A DNA stretch of 64,000 bases from Bdellovibrionales bacterium (GTDB taxonomy: Bacteria; Bdellovibrionota; Bdellovibrionia; Bdellovibrionales; JAGQZY01). The stretch covers positions 1 to 64,000 of the forward strand of contig JANPLN010000024.1 of assembly GCA_031426555.1 (NCBI GenBank), read 5' to 3'. Positions 20,144 to 29,276 of the stretch are shown piece by piece. The notes below the pieces were generated by a model that had not been told where the DNA came from, searched no databases, and saw only the letters and a program-made list of their open reading frames with translations. A program made the position numbers and the translations under genes. How positions within the stretch are numbered: position 1 is the stretch's first letter; each line of letters begins with the position of its first letter.

Positions 20144-20461
20144 TCAATTGCAGGAGTAGGCAGTTCCCGAAGCCGTGTGGACGGCATCGCTGGAATTGGT
20201 CGTACTGTTGTACTCACTGCGCGTTGTAACTGACTTTACCACAAGACGGTTCGCACCTTTTTTGCCGGCGGCGTTTCTTAATCTTGTTTCAGCAACCTCT
20301 GCATTGTAAGCGTCTTCCGAAACGATTCCTATAGACTCACAATTGGTTGAAACAGTCTCAACAATTTTTACCGCGTTACCCGCTTTGTCGAGTTTTGGGA
20401 CAAGGTGTGCACACGAAGACAACACAAGTGTGCTTGCTAAAAAAATAATTATTCTTTTCAT
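20144..20461 (-). CDS. Small lipoprotein, DUF4156-like
   Basis: Lipobox LSSC; C...LRNAAGKKGAN...GTAYSC pattern. Confidence 0.75.
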   Translation of the reverse strand: MKRIIIFLASTLVLSSCAHLVPKLDKAGNAVKIVETVSTNCESIGIVSEDAYNAEVAETRLRNAAGKKGANRLVVKSVTTRSEYNSTTNSSDAVHTASGTAYSCN

Positions 20462-20501
20462 AATTTCTCCACGTATCGCCTCAAGCTTTTTCCTTCGGCA
20501 G

Positions 20502-21248
20502 TTAATTCCAAAACTTTGGTTCTTTGGGTTCGTCGCGGTTCACCACAAGCTTTAGCTTGCTGCGCATGCTGCCGCCCTTTTTCCATTTGGTTTGTTGAAA
20601 CTTTGTGTACACAAACAAAAAAATTATTCCCGACACCAAACCGCCGATATGGGCGAGGTTGGCGATTGCACCAGTAAGGCCTTGAGTGAGCAAACTAATG
20701 ACCTCGATGGTTCCGATAATGGCCACAAAGTACTTTGCCTTGATGGGAAACGCGCCAAAAAAGTAAATGGTGCGCTCACCAAACAGCAAAGCGTACGCGA
20801 GCAGAATCCCAAACACCGCACCCGAGGCGCCGACCACTGGCTGTGTGTAAACGATGGGAGCCATGCCTTTAATAGTTCCCACAAGGGCCACACCAAACAG
20901 ATAAAAGAAGGCCGCCCCGATGCCGGTAAAGAAATAATAAATTAAAAAGAGACGCTGACCCCATTTTTGTTCCAGCTCCGTGCCAAAAAACCAAAGAGTC
21001 ATCATGTTAAAAAGCACGTGCATGGGATTCAGTGAGTGCAAAAACATATAGGTCACGGGCTGCCACACAAAGAAGTTTTCGATCATGGTTTGCGGGATCA
21101 AACCAAAGTACATGGTGATGTAAGGCTCGCTCAAAATGAGGTTTTCGAGAATCACTAACAGCACCACCCAAATCGCCAAATTGATGATGATCAACTTTTT
21201 AACGGCGGGTGTGGGACTGTTGATTTGAAACGACATTTGCTGGGACAT
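20502..21248 (-). CDS. Rhomboid-family intramembrane serine protease
   Basis: WQPVTYMFLH, HVLFNM, catalytic GASG and AHIGG. Confidence 0.93.
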   Translation of the reverse strand: MSQQMSFQINSPTPAVKKLIIINLAIWVVLLVILENLILSEPYITMYFGLIPQTMIENFFVWQPVTYMFLHSLNPMHVLFNMMTLWFFGTELEQKWGQRLFLIYYFFTGIGAAFFYLFGVALVGTIKGMAPIVYTQPVVGASGAVFGILLAYALLFGERTIYFFGAFPIKAKYFVAIIGTIEVISLLTQGLTGAIANLAHIGGLVSGIIFLFVYTKFQQTKWKKGGSMRSKLKLVVNRDEPKEPKFWN

Positions 21249-21249
21249 C

Positions 21250-21669
21250 TTACTCGTCTCCTGGTTCGCTGAGCTCAATCAAAACTCCGCCCGTGGAATT
21301 GGGATGCACAAACACCACGCGGCAGTTGTGGGCGCCCACTTTTGGAACTTCGTTGATCAACTGTACATTGTGCTTTTTAAGATGGGCCACAAGCTCGTCG
21401 AGTTTATTGACGCGCAAACAGATATGATGAATTCCCGGGCCGCGCTTGTCTAGAAACTTACGAATGGGGCTTTCGCCCTCTGTGGGCTCCAGCAACTCGA
21501 TGGTGGCGTCGTTCTCTAAAGGATAAAAACCGACTTTCACTTTTTCGCTTTTTACCTCTTCGCGGTCACTCTCGTGCATTTGCAAAGCGCGGTAAAAGGC
21601 GCCGCCAGCGTCTAAATTTTCAACGGCAATACCGATGTGGTCTAATTCGAAGCGAAAGGGGCCACTCAT
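21250..21669 (-). CDS. mce: Methylmalonyl-CoA epimerase (VOC family)
   Basis: LDHIGIAV, IELLEP, GPGIHHIC, FVHP..TGGVLIEL. Confidence 0.9.
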   Translation of the reverse strand: MSGPFRFELDHIGIAVENLDAGGAFYRALQMHESDREEVKSEKVKVGFYPLENDATIELLEPTEGESPIRKFLDKRGPGIHHICLRVNKLDELVAHLKKHNVQLINEVPKVGAHNCRVVFVHPNSTGGVLIELSEPGDE

Positions 21670-22205
21670 AGCATTTCCTTTTCTAACATCTTAAACTGTT
21701 TCGAAAGCTTTTTAAAACTCATCGCCAAGGTCTCGATAATGACCTTGGTTTGCGCGATGAGCGGAAAAAAATTAGTATCCCCCACCCACCGAGGGATAAT
21801 ATGATAGTGCAAATGTGAAGGGATTCCGGCACCTGCCGCAGACCCCAAATTCAATCCTACGTTTAAACCGGAACAGCCATAGGCATCTTTAAGAACAGCG
21901 ATGGTTTGTTTCAATAGCACATGCATCTCACTCCACTCATGGGGCGTGAGATCTTCGATGTTGGCAACGTGCCGGGCTGGCAACAGCAACAGATGTCCGT
22001 TGTTATAGGGATACTTGTTTAAGACCACCATGGCGTTTTTGCTTTTGTAAAGAAGGCCAACTTTAGCCCGCTCTTTTTGTTTAAGCGCCGAACAAAAAAC
22101 GCAGCCTTTGGGCTTTTTAATTTGTCGCACGTACTTTAAGCGCGCCGGGCGAATAAAGAGATCCCGTTCCTGAGGCCAAATGTCTTTGCTGGCTGATTTT
22201 CTCAT
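21666..22205 (-). CDS. HIT-family hydrolase
   Basis: CVFC, LNKYPYNNGHLL, AGAGIPSHLHYHIIPRW. Confidence 0.92.
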   Translation of the reverse strand: MRKSASKDIWPQERDLFIRPARLKYVRQIKKPKGCVFCSALKQKERAKVGLLYKSKNAMVVLNKYPYNNGHLLLLPARHVANIEDLTPHEWSEMHVLLKQTIAVLKDAYGCSGLNVGLNLGSAAGAGIPSHLHYHIIPRWVGDTNFFPLIAQTKVIIETLAMSFKKLSKQFKMLEKEML

Positions 22206-22260
22206 TATTTAAGGATACTTGAGGACTTGGGGGCAGTTCAAAATAAATCGGCTTAAAATA

Positions 22261-22292
22261 AAAAAAGCCAGTGATCTCTCACTGGCTTTTTT
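22261..22292. terminator. Intrinsic terminator downstream of rpsA (bidirectional-type hairpin)
   Basis: AAAAAAGCCAGTGA-TCTC-TCACTGGCTTTTTT. Confidence 0.85.
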
Positions 22293-22334
22293 AATGCATC
22301 GCATCCCTGTCGGGCTGCCTTAAATGATGGATGA

Positions 22335-24167
22335 TTACTCTTGGTTGTTGCGGAGTTCTTTGAGTTTATCGCCAAAAACATCGCCCAAACTTGATTTAGA
22401 GCTTGTAGATTTAGCAGCGTACTCGCCGACATTGCCGTTCTCTTCGCGAAGTTTCGCAAGACGAACGCTCAGGCCCACTTTACGGGCTTCCTGATCGATA
22501 CTGATCACTTCAGCGCGAACTTGATCGCCAACGCTAACAACCTCACTTGGGCTGCCGATACGCTGCGAAGAAAGCTCACTGATGTGGATCAGACCTTCTG
22601 CGTCTGGGCTCAATTCAACAAAGGCTCCAAAGTCTGCAAGGCGAACAACTTTTACTTCGTGAGTAGAACCCACGAGGAATCGTCGCTCAACATCTTGCCA
22701 AGGATCGCCCTCAAGCTGTTTTACACCAAGACTGAAGCGTTCGTTCTCAACATCAACGCCAAGAACAACGGCGCGGACTTTTTGTCCTTTAGTGAACATT
22801 TCTGAAGGATGATTTACGCGCTTCGCCCAAGAGAAGTCAGAAACGTGCACAAGGCCGTCGATTCCGTCTTCAACACCAACGAACACACCGAAGTCGGTGA
22901 TTGATTTAACTTCACCTTCGATGATGGTTCCAGGCTGATAAGTTTCTTTGAGTTCAAGCCACGGATTGGTTTCGAGTTGTTTAAGACCAAGGCTGATGCG
23001 GCGGTTTTCTTGATCGATATCAAGAACCATGGCGCGCACTTCGTCACCCACATTGAGAGCTTGTGATGGGTGTTTGACCTTCTTCGTCCAGCTCATTTCG
23101 CTAACGTGGATGAGACCTTCAACGCCTTCGCCGATTTCAACAAATGCACCGTAGTCTACGAGGCTCGTAACTTTTCCAGTAACTTGGCTGCCTTTAGAGT
23201 ATTTTTCGGCAGTATCAAGCCATGGATCTTTTTGTAATTGTTTAAGACCAAGACTGACGCGTTCTTTTTCTTGATCGTATTTAAGAACCATCACTTCGAT
23301 CTCATCACCCACATTGAGAACTTCTGATGGATGCTTGATGCGTCCCCAGCTCATATCCGTGATGTGTAAGAGTCCGTCCATACCACCCAAATCAAGGAAG
23401 GCGCCGTACTCAGTGATGTTTTTCACCATACCGCGGATCACAGATCCTTCTTTCATCGCATCCATGGTTTGTGTTTTCATGGACTCGCGTTCTTCTTCGA
23501 GAAGGGCGCGGCGAGAAAGTACGATGTTGCCACGTTTCTTGTTAAACTTGATAACTTTGAATTTATATTTTTTGCCGATGTAAACATCCATATTGCGCAC
23601 TGGACGTAGATCAATTTGGCTACCAGGTAAGAAGGCTTTGACACCGATGTCCACACTGAGACCGCCTTTAACTTTTGCGATAACAGTACCTTCGATGAGC
23701 TCTTGGTTTTCAGCGGCGCGAGTGATGTCGTTCCACGCTTTGTACATGTCGGCTTTGTCTTTAGAGAGCACGATCATGCCGTTTTCGTTTTCGATTTTAT
23801 CGATAAACACTTCCACTTCATCGCCGGGCTGAACCGACAATTTGCCTTCGACAAAACGGAATTCATTGATGGGAATAAGACCTTCAGATTTATAGTTGAT
23901 ATCTACAAGAACGTAATCTGTTTGAACTTCCACGATTTTGCCTTTAACGATATCGCCAACTTTATAATCGCGATCCTGTAAAGACTGTTCAAACATTGCA
24001 CTGAACTCAGTCATTGCTTCTTTTTGCTTCGCTTGAACATCTTCATGAAAAAGATCTTCAATCTGATTTTGCTTCATCTGCTTTTTGGTCATGTTTTTTG
24101 TAGCTTGCATGAGTATGTTTATTCTCCCTTGCGAAAACTTTTGTGCATCTTGGTTTGTTTGTTGCAT
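22335..24167 (-). CDS. rpsA: 30S ribosomal protein S1
   Basis: Six S1 repeats (YGAFLDLGGMDGLLHITDMSW etc.). Start may be 24167 or 24110. Confidence 0.97.
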   Translation of the reverse strand: MQQTNQDAQKFSQGRINILMQATKNMTKKQMKQNQIEDLFHEDVQAKQKEAMTEFSAMFEQSLQDRDYKVGDIVKGKIVEVQTDYVLVDINYKSEGLIPINEFRFVEGKLSVQPGDEVEVFIDKIENENGMIVLSKDKADMYKAWNDITRAAENQELIEGTVIAKVKGGLSVDIGVKAFLPGSQIDLRPVRNMDVYIGKKYKFKVIKFNKKRGNIVLSRRALLEEERESMKTQTMDAMKEGSVIRGMVKNITEYGAFLDLGGMDGLLHITDMSWGRIKHPSEVLNVGDEIEVMVLKYDQEKERVSLGLKQLQKDPWLDTAEKYSKGSQVTGKVTSLVDYGAFVEIGEGVEGLIHVSEMSWTKKVKHPSQALNVGDEVRAMVLDIDQENRRISLGLKQLETNPWLELKETYQPGTIIEGEVKSITDFGVFVGVEDGIDGLVHVSDFSWAKRVNHPSEMFTKGQKVRAVVLGVDVENERFSLGVKQLEGDPWQDVERRFLVGSTHEVKVVRLADFGAFVELSPDAEGLIHISELSSQRIGSPSEVVSVGDQVRAEVISIDQEARKVGLSVRLAKLREENGNVGEYAAKSTSSKSSLGDVFGDKLKELRNNQE

Positions 24168-24380
24168 TCGAGTCCTCTTCGCCCCTTAAAGAATGGCATA
24201 GGCGGGGCTTAATTGCTCCGGTGTCCACGGTGTTTAAGAGATTGGTCATTTATAAAGAATTAATGCCGAAAGTCAAAGGCTTAGGCCGTATTTTAAGCAC
24301 TTTTTACCCCTATGAACTTTACCCTGTCACACTGAATAATTTTCTGAACCGAAGTTCTTTAGAGAACTTTTGCTGGCGGC

Positions 24381-24394
24381 GGCATAGGACATGC
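24381..24394 (+). promoter_or_regulatory. Putative sigma-54 promoter (-24 GG / -12 GC)
   Basis: GG-CATAGGACAT-GC with exact 10-nt spacing upstream of the AAGGAG RBS and ATG at 24418. Confidence 0.4.
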
Positions 24395-24417
24395 TCACAA
24401 ACCTAAAGGAGTTACTT

Positions 24418-24792
24418 ATGAAATCACTATTTTTATCACTGATACTGATGGCCGCCCCGTCCGCTTTTGCCAACGAAGCCTGGGACTTTTGCAATGCCTA
24501 CGAAGCCAATTTGGCCATTGAAGATGGTCAACTGGTCACCACCGACGGCAGCCAGTGGGATATGGAGCTTGGTGCCCTTTTGTGGTCCACACGACTGAGC
24601 AAAACCGTCAGTTACTGCACTTTAGAACAGCGCGGTGAAGAGGTTATTTCAACCAACGACACTACGACTAGCGAAATGTACGAAGTTTACATCGAAGGGC
24701 AAATGTATGAGGTGGAATTTGAGTGCTCTCGCGGGTATTCCGAAGTGCCAAGCAACGACTATTGCACTGGCGAACAAACGATGAACCATTAA
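24418..24792 (+). CDS. Hypothetical secreted acidic protein (4 Cys)
   Basis: AAGGAG RBS; signal peptide MKSLFLSLILMAAPSAFA. Confidence 0.75.
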   Translation: MKSLFLSLILMAAPSAFANEAWDFCNAYEANLAIEDGQLVTTDGSQWDMELGALLWSTRLSKTVSYCTLEQRGEEVISTNDTTTSEMYEVYIEGQMYEVEFECSRGYSEVPSNDYCTGEQTMNH

Positions 24793-25115
24793 TTTTTTGA
24801 GGGTGACCCTCGGTCACCCTTTTTTGTACTCTTTAAGAAATAATGCTCGAACACAAAAGTTCCAAAAGGTAAAACGGCCGCGACAAAGGCATAGACACGA
24901 ACCTTCACGGACCAGTTGAGCTCTTCGGCAATAATATTTGCCAATAGCACATACGCCACAAACAGAATTCCGTGGGGCATTCCAAGCATTTTTACAACCG
25001 CGGGATTCCCCGCCATGTATTTAACCGGCATACCCACAAACATCAGAAGCAGGAACGATCCGCCCTCCAGCCAGCCTAAAACGCGAAAGACTTGAACTAA
25101 TGTAGCATTGCTCAT
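24789..25115 (-). CDS. DUF3817-like membrane protein
   Basis: FRVLGWLEGGSFLLL..GMPVKY, HGILF..Y, VLPFGTF. Confidence 0.85.
   Translation of the reverse strand: MSNATLVQVFRVLGWLEGGSFLLLMFVGMPVKYMAGNPAVVKMLGMPHGILFVAYVLLANIIAEELNWSVKVRVYAFVAAVLPFGTFVFEHYFLKSTKKGDRGSPSKN
24800..24825 (+). terminator. Intrinsic terminator overlapping the 3' end of the convergent gene
   Basis: AGGGTGACC-CTC-GGTCACCCT followed by a T-tract. Confidence 0.7.
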
Positions 25116-25118
25116 GGG

Positions 25119-26552
25119 CTAAATTCCGATGGCTTTACGAAGATCGTTGTAGGACATCCGAAAGGCCTCATTGGACCAGCTATCCACCACGCCGCGCGAG
25201 TCGCCAACGCCCGCCGCACATTTTAAAACGACCTCGGTTTGCGAGGACCGGAGCGGTGGCGATTTAAAATTACAATATTTGTTGGCCCAGGAGTCTTTCA
25301 CTTCGTGGCGAGTGTTTTTTTCGAGGTCTGAGGATTGCTCTTTCAACCAATGAATCTCCGTGGGAATTTTTTGTGGCCGCACGTTGAGGCCTATTCGCGG
25401 ATTGGACACTTCGTGATAGGAATCGGAAATGTGCATTTTTTCGTTGATGGGGATGGAATATTTAACTCCGTCCAAGGTGAATGCAAACTGGCTGTTGAGG
25501 GCGTAGTCCACATTAAAGTCCGTTTTTGGATACGTGAGGGTTCGCGCCTCTTTGCGATATTTTGTGACTGTTTCTTCGCGGAACTTGGTGACGTCGCGAT
25601 AGGTGGTCACTGGTATATATTCCTCTTTATGAGTCACGGGATCTATAACAGTCTTGTAGGATGTTTCGGGTTCTTTCTCGATGTACGAAACGGTTTCTTG
25701 CACTTGGTACGGAACCTCTTCGTCGTAGCTATGAATGCCCACTGATTTTTCTTCGGTATAGTTGGAAAGGAAGCGACCCGAAATCGTCACGACAAGAGTC
25801 CTCCCGTCTGCCTGGTACAGGGGCGATGACTTGAGCCCTTGCAAAAGTGATTCTGAAAAAACGCTTAAAACTTCGGGAGGCATATCTAAAATTTGGCCTT
25901 TCAATACGATGTTTCCAAAGCCACCCGATAAAGAGACGGATGGGCTGTTTTTAATTTCCTGACCCCAAAATACACAATAATGATTCCAAAAATCTTTAGA
26001 AAAATAGCCGGTCATGACAGGACGGATTTCTAAACAATGCTTAGCTCCCTCCGCATCCACGTCCGCCACCAGGCGCTGAAATGGTTGGTTCCATTGACTG
26101 TGAACCAAAAGCTCATGGTTCTCATTGAGAAGAAGTTTGAGCTTTAAATATTTTTTATCTTTTTTAAGCAATTGCGTCTGCTCTTGAAGCCATTCATACA
26201 AATATTCAACCTCTTCGGTTTGTGCCGAAAAGGCCGCTCCAGAAGGCGAAATATTCCACTCCTTCTCGTCGCGAACCACACGTCGCAACTTACTATGTGA
26301 CTCTTCGAGGCTATTTGATAAACGAAGTTGTCGGGCTTCGATGAGATTTCGTTCGATAAGCTTTTGCCGAGTTTTACGAAGGTGCTCCTCCGCGATGGGA
26401 TCCGCAGGGTCCTGGCGGAGAATGCTTTGGTTGACCGCTTCGGCGGCCGCATAATCGCCCGCTTGATAGTGCTCTTCGGCCTGCTCGTGGAGCGAAGTGC
26501 AAGCCACCAAAAGGGGCAGTGCAATAAAGCTCAGAAAACCAAGTGTACGCAT
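25119..26552 (-). CDS. Hypothetical lipoprotein with N-terminal TPR-like region
   Basis: Likely start MRTLGFL...LLVAC (lipobox); TPR-like AEEHYQAGDYAAA. Confidence 0.7.
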   Translation of the reverse strand: MRTLGFLSFIALPLLVACTSLHEQAEEHYQAGDYAAAEAVNQSILRQDPADPIAEEHLRKTRQKLIERNLIEARQLRLSNSLEESHSKLRRVVRDEKEWNISPSGAAFSAQTEEVEYLYEWLQEQTQLLKKDKKYLKLKLLLNENHELLVHSQWNQPFQRLVADVDAEGAKHCLEIRPVMTGYFSKDFWNHYCVFWGQEIKNSPSVSLSGGFGNIVLKGQILDMPPEVLSVFSESLLQGLKSSPLYQADGRTLVVTISGRFLSNYTEEKSVGIHSYDEEVPYQVQETVSYIEKEPETSYKTVIDPVTHKEEYIPVTTYRDVTKFREETVTKYRKEARTLTYPKTDFNVDYALNSQFAFTLDGVKYSIPINEKMHISDSYHEVSNPRIGLNVRPQKIPTEIHWLKEQSSDLEKNTRHEVKDSWANKYCNFKSPPLRSSQTEVVLKCAAGVGDSRGVVDSWSNEAFRMSYNDLRKAIGI

Positions 26553-26729
26553 AGGCGCCCCCTTTTCAGTACTTATACCCAGGTTTAACTCAGAGGCAAA
26601 AGATTTTCCATTGGACTTTGCACTGAATGACTCTCCGGAATGCGTGGATGGTTGTATTTTATTTCCGTAACGATACAAGCATAGCGTCAATCTCTTTACG
26701 CGAGTCCGGTCCCGTGCCATGGTGCCCGC

Positions 26730-27236
26730 ATGCCAAATATTGAGATCAAAGCAGTTTATACAGATTTAAAAAAAGCTCGCGAAGTTTGTCGTCGTTTGAA
26801 TGCGAAATTTATTGGCGTGGACCGCCAAGTGGACACTTACTTCACCGTGCCGAAAGGGCGCTTGAAACTGAGAGAATCCTCCCTGAGCGGGGCGTTTCTC
26901 ATTCCCTACATCCGACCCGATCAAGAGGGACCTAAGAAAAGTGATTACGGACTTATAAAAGTCGAAAATGCAGAACAAATTAAATCCCTGCTCTTGCAAA
27001 TATTTGAAAGCAATCTTGTCGTTAAAAAAAGCCGCGAGATCTACTTGCTCGATAATGTTCGAGTTCATCTCGACGATGTGGAAGGCTTAGGCCATTTTTT
27101 TGAGTTAGAGGCTGTTTACGAGGAGGACTCGCAACGCGAAAACGAGGAACTCAAGGTGCGTAATTTATTAGTAGAATTTGCGATTTCTGAGCCCGCCCTG
27201 CAAAAAACATCTTACGAGCAATTGGCCAAACAATAG
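26730..27236 (+). CDS. CYTH domain protein (class IV adenylate cyclase-like)
   Basis: NIEIKA, QVDTYF, GRLKLRE, VHLDDVEGLGHFFELE. Confidence 0.9.
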   Translation: MPNIEIKAVYTDLKKAREVCRRLNAKFIGVDRQVDTYFTVPKGRLKLRESSLSGAFLIPYIRPDQEGPKKSDYGLIKVENAEQIKSLLLQIFESNLVVKKSREIYLLDNVRVHLDDVEGLGHFFELEAVYEEDSQRENEELKVRNLLVEFAISEPALQKTSYEQLAKQ

Positions 27237-27259
27237 CTCGCCAATCTCCTATGTTTGTT

Positions 27260-27568
27260 TTAAACGTCCTCAAGACCCAATATTTTTTTGCATACATCCA
27301 TCTGCCCGTGGATGTCGCGAATGGCTTTTTTAAGCTTCTTTAGATCGTGGGAATCCACATCGGCTTCGAGAGCTTTTAAAACCATGGGATGTTTTTTTAG
27401 CCACGCGCCCTGCCGACTGGCGTAGGTTTCGGGAATTCCTGCCCGCAGGGCGGACTGCTTCACATTTCCGTCTTCGAGAAATTCCACAATAAACTGCAAG
27501 GTTTCTAGCGTGAGCATATGCCTGTGGGCTTTGAGACGAGAGGAAAACCCCATCTGACGAATTCGCAT
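27260..27568 (-). CDS. Small protein resembling the phage terminase small-subunit HTH domain
   Basis: LTLETLQFIVEFLEDGNVKQSALRAGIPETYASRQGAWLKKHPMV resembles the TerS pattern LT.KQ..FV.EYL.D.NATQAAIRAGYS...A...G..LL..P.V. Confidence 0.55.
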   Translation of the reverse strand: MRIRQMGFSSRLKAHRHMLTLETLQFIVEFLEDGNVKQSALRAGIPETYASRQGAWLKKHPMVLKALEADVDSHDLKKLKKAIRDIHGQMDVCKKILGLEDV

Positions 27569-27638
27569 GCAAATCCCCTGTTTGAAGGTTGACAACGTTT
27601 CACCTCAAAAACTAACCTCTTTCGAAAGAGGAGTCTAA

Positions 27639-28586
27639 GTGATTATTAAGATTATTCTGATTCCCTTGATGCTGTTTTCGTACTCGCTGCGCTGCTTGCC
27701 CCTCCGCTGGCTTGGAAAATTAGGTCATGGGTTGGGCACTCTACTTCGCTCCGTGGGTTTTCGCACACGAATCGTGGAGAACAATCTTCAACTCTCCTTG
27801 GGCCAGGAAAAATCGGCAGAGGAACTCAAACGGCTGCAAAAACAAATTTACACGCACATCGGAACGTTGTTTTTAGAAATCGCACGCAACTTTACTCTCA
27901 CGCGCCAGGATTACATCGACGAGTTGCAAGTGAGCGATGAAGACATCGCAAAAATAGATAAAATAAAAGCGGAAGGCCGCGGAATGCTGGTCATTAGCGC
28001 GCACACAGGAAACTGGGAAATTTTTCCCGCGAGTATGGCGGCCCGAGGTTATTCGGTGGCCATCGTTGCAAAAAAAATGTCAAACCCCGTCTCGCAAAAT
28101 TTGATTGAACAACGGCGAGTCACCGCCGGCTTCAGTGTGATCTACACAGGAAATACACTGAACAAAATCGCGGAGTCCATGCGCGGAGGTTGTTTTGTTG
28201 GCTGTATGGTGGATCAACATCTTCCCGGTCCACGAGGTCTTCGCGTTAACTTTTTTGGCACACCCGCCGCTTCTATTCGCGGCCTTGCAAACCTCGCTCG
28301 CGAAAGCAAATGCCGAGTGGTGCCGATGTCGGTTTATCGGCAAGAAAATGGCGTGCATCGCTTGATCGTTATGGATGAACTTCAGTATATCGAGGCCAAG
28401 GAATTGCCCGAGGGTTCGCCCGAGCGCTTGCTGCGCGAGGAGTGGCTCAATTCGCAAAAATATCAGGAGTGTTTAGAATCCATGATTCGTCAAAATCTAC
28501 CGCAGTGGCTATGGATTCATCGTCGCTGGAAGGCGAACCGTTCGCCGCTCAATGTGGCGACGGCACATCTCGAACAAAATATTTAG
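27639..28586 (+). CDS. Lipid A late acyltransferase family protein (LpxL/HtrB-like)
   Basis: HTGNWE, DQ, VNFFG, PQWLWIHRRWK. Confidence 0.9.
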   Translation: MIIKIILIPLMLFSYSLRCLPLRWLGKLGHGLGTLLRSVGFRTRIVENNLQLSLGQEKSAEELKRLQKQIYTHIGTLFLEIARNFTLTRQDYIDELQVSDEDIAKIDKIKAEGRGMLVISAHTGNWEIFPASMAARGYSVAIVAKKMSNPVSQNLIEQRRVTAGFSVIYTGNTLNKIAESMRGGCFVGCMVDQHLPGPRGLRVNFFGTPAASIRGLANLARESKCRVVPMSVYRQENGVHRLIVMDELQYIEAKELPEGSPERLLREEWLNSQKYQECLESMIRQNLPQWLWIHRRWKANRSPLNVATAHLEQNI

Positions 28587-28607
28587 GGTGTCCGCATTTT
28601 ACCAGAA

Positions 28608-29276
28608 TTAAATTTTTAAGCGTTTTTTAACTTCGGCAGCGATAGTCTCAACTACCTGAGATCGCTGTAGAGCACTGGAGTCTATGACCAGCGCTCCCTC
28701 GGGAATTTGCATGGGCGCTGCTTTGCGATTGACGTCTTGCTCATCACGCTTTTTTTGCAAATCTTTTAAGGAATCTAAATTTGTGTTTTCCTGCTCCAAC
28801 GATCGTCGAAACGCGCGGCTCTCAGAACTCGCCGTCAGGAACACTTTTAACACGGCATTTGGAAATACCACCGTGCCGCAATCTCGCCCCTCAGCAACTA
28901 AAACAGGAGTGGCCTGCGCGCAGTCTCTTTGCAAAGGCAAAAGCGCCGCCCGCACTTCCGGGTACTGACTGATGCGACTGGCGTGCATGCCGGTCTCCTC
29001 TTTCGATACTTCGTCATTGATACGCGCATTTTTATAGAGCACCGTAGTCTCTTGCGGAGTCATCTTTACCGACCACACATTGGATTTTGCCAAACTCGCG
29101 AGGGCCTGAGGATTTCCAAGATCAACGCCCTCTTTGACGGCCACGGCAGCAAGGCCGCGATAAAAGGAACCCGTCGACACCCATTGCCAGCCAAATTTTT
29201 TGGCTAAATCACGACTAACGGAAGTTTTTCCTGAGGCCGCGGGCCCATCGATTGTTATCACCACAGACTCCTTCAT
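28608..29276 (-). CDS. cmk: Cytidylate kinase
   Basis: ITIDGPAASGKTS, VAEGRDCGTVVFPNA, KVFLTAS. Confidence 0.95.
   Translation of the reverse strand: MKESVVITIDGPAASGKTSVSRDLAKKFGWQWVSTGSFYRGLAAVAVKEGVDLGNPQALASLAKSNVWSVKMTPQETTVLYKNARINDEVSKEETGMHASRISQYPEVRAALLPLQRDCAQATPVLVAEGRDCGTVVFPNAVLKVFLTASSESRAFRRSLEQENTNLDSLKDLQKKRDEQDVNRKAAPMQIPEGALVIDSSALQRSQVVETIAAEVKKRLKI

Noticed and set aside
26553..26720. Extended N-termini in the ORF track (e.g. 26720, 10237, 14223, 51710, 52960, 61578, 62495)
   Set aside because: Downstream starts have better RBS, signal peptides or operon overlaps, so coordinates were trimmed.
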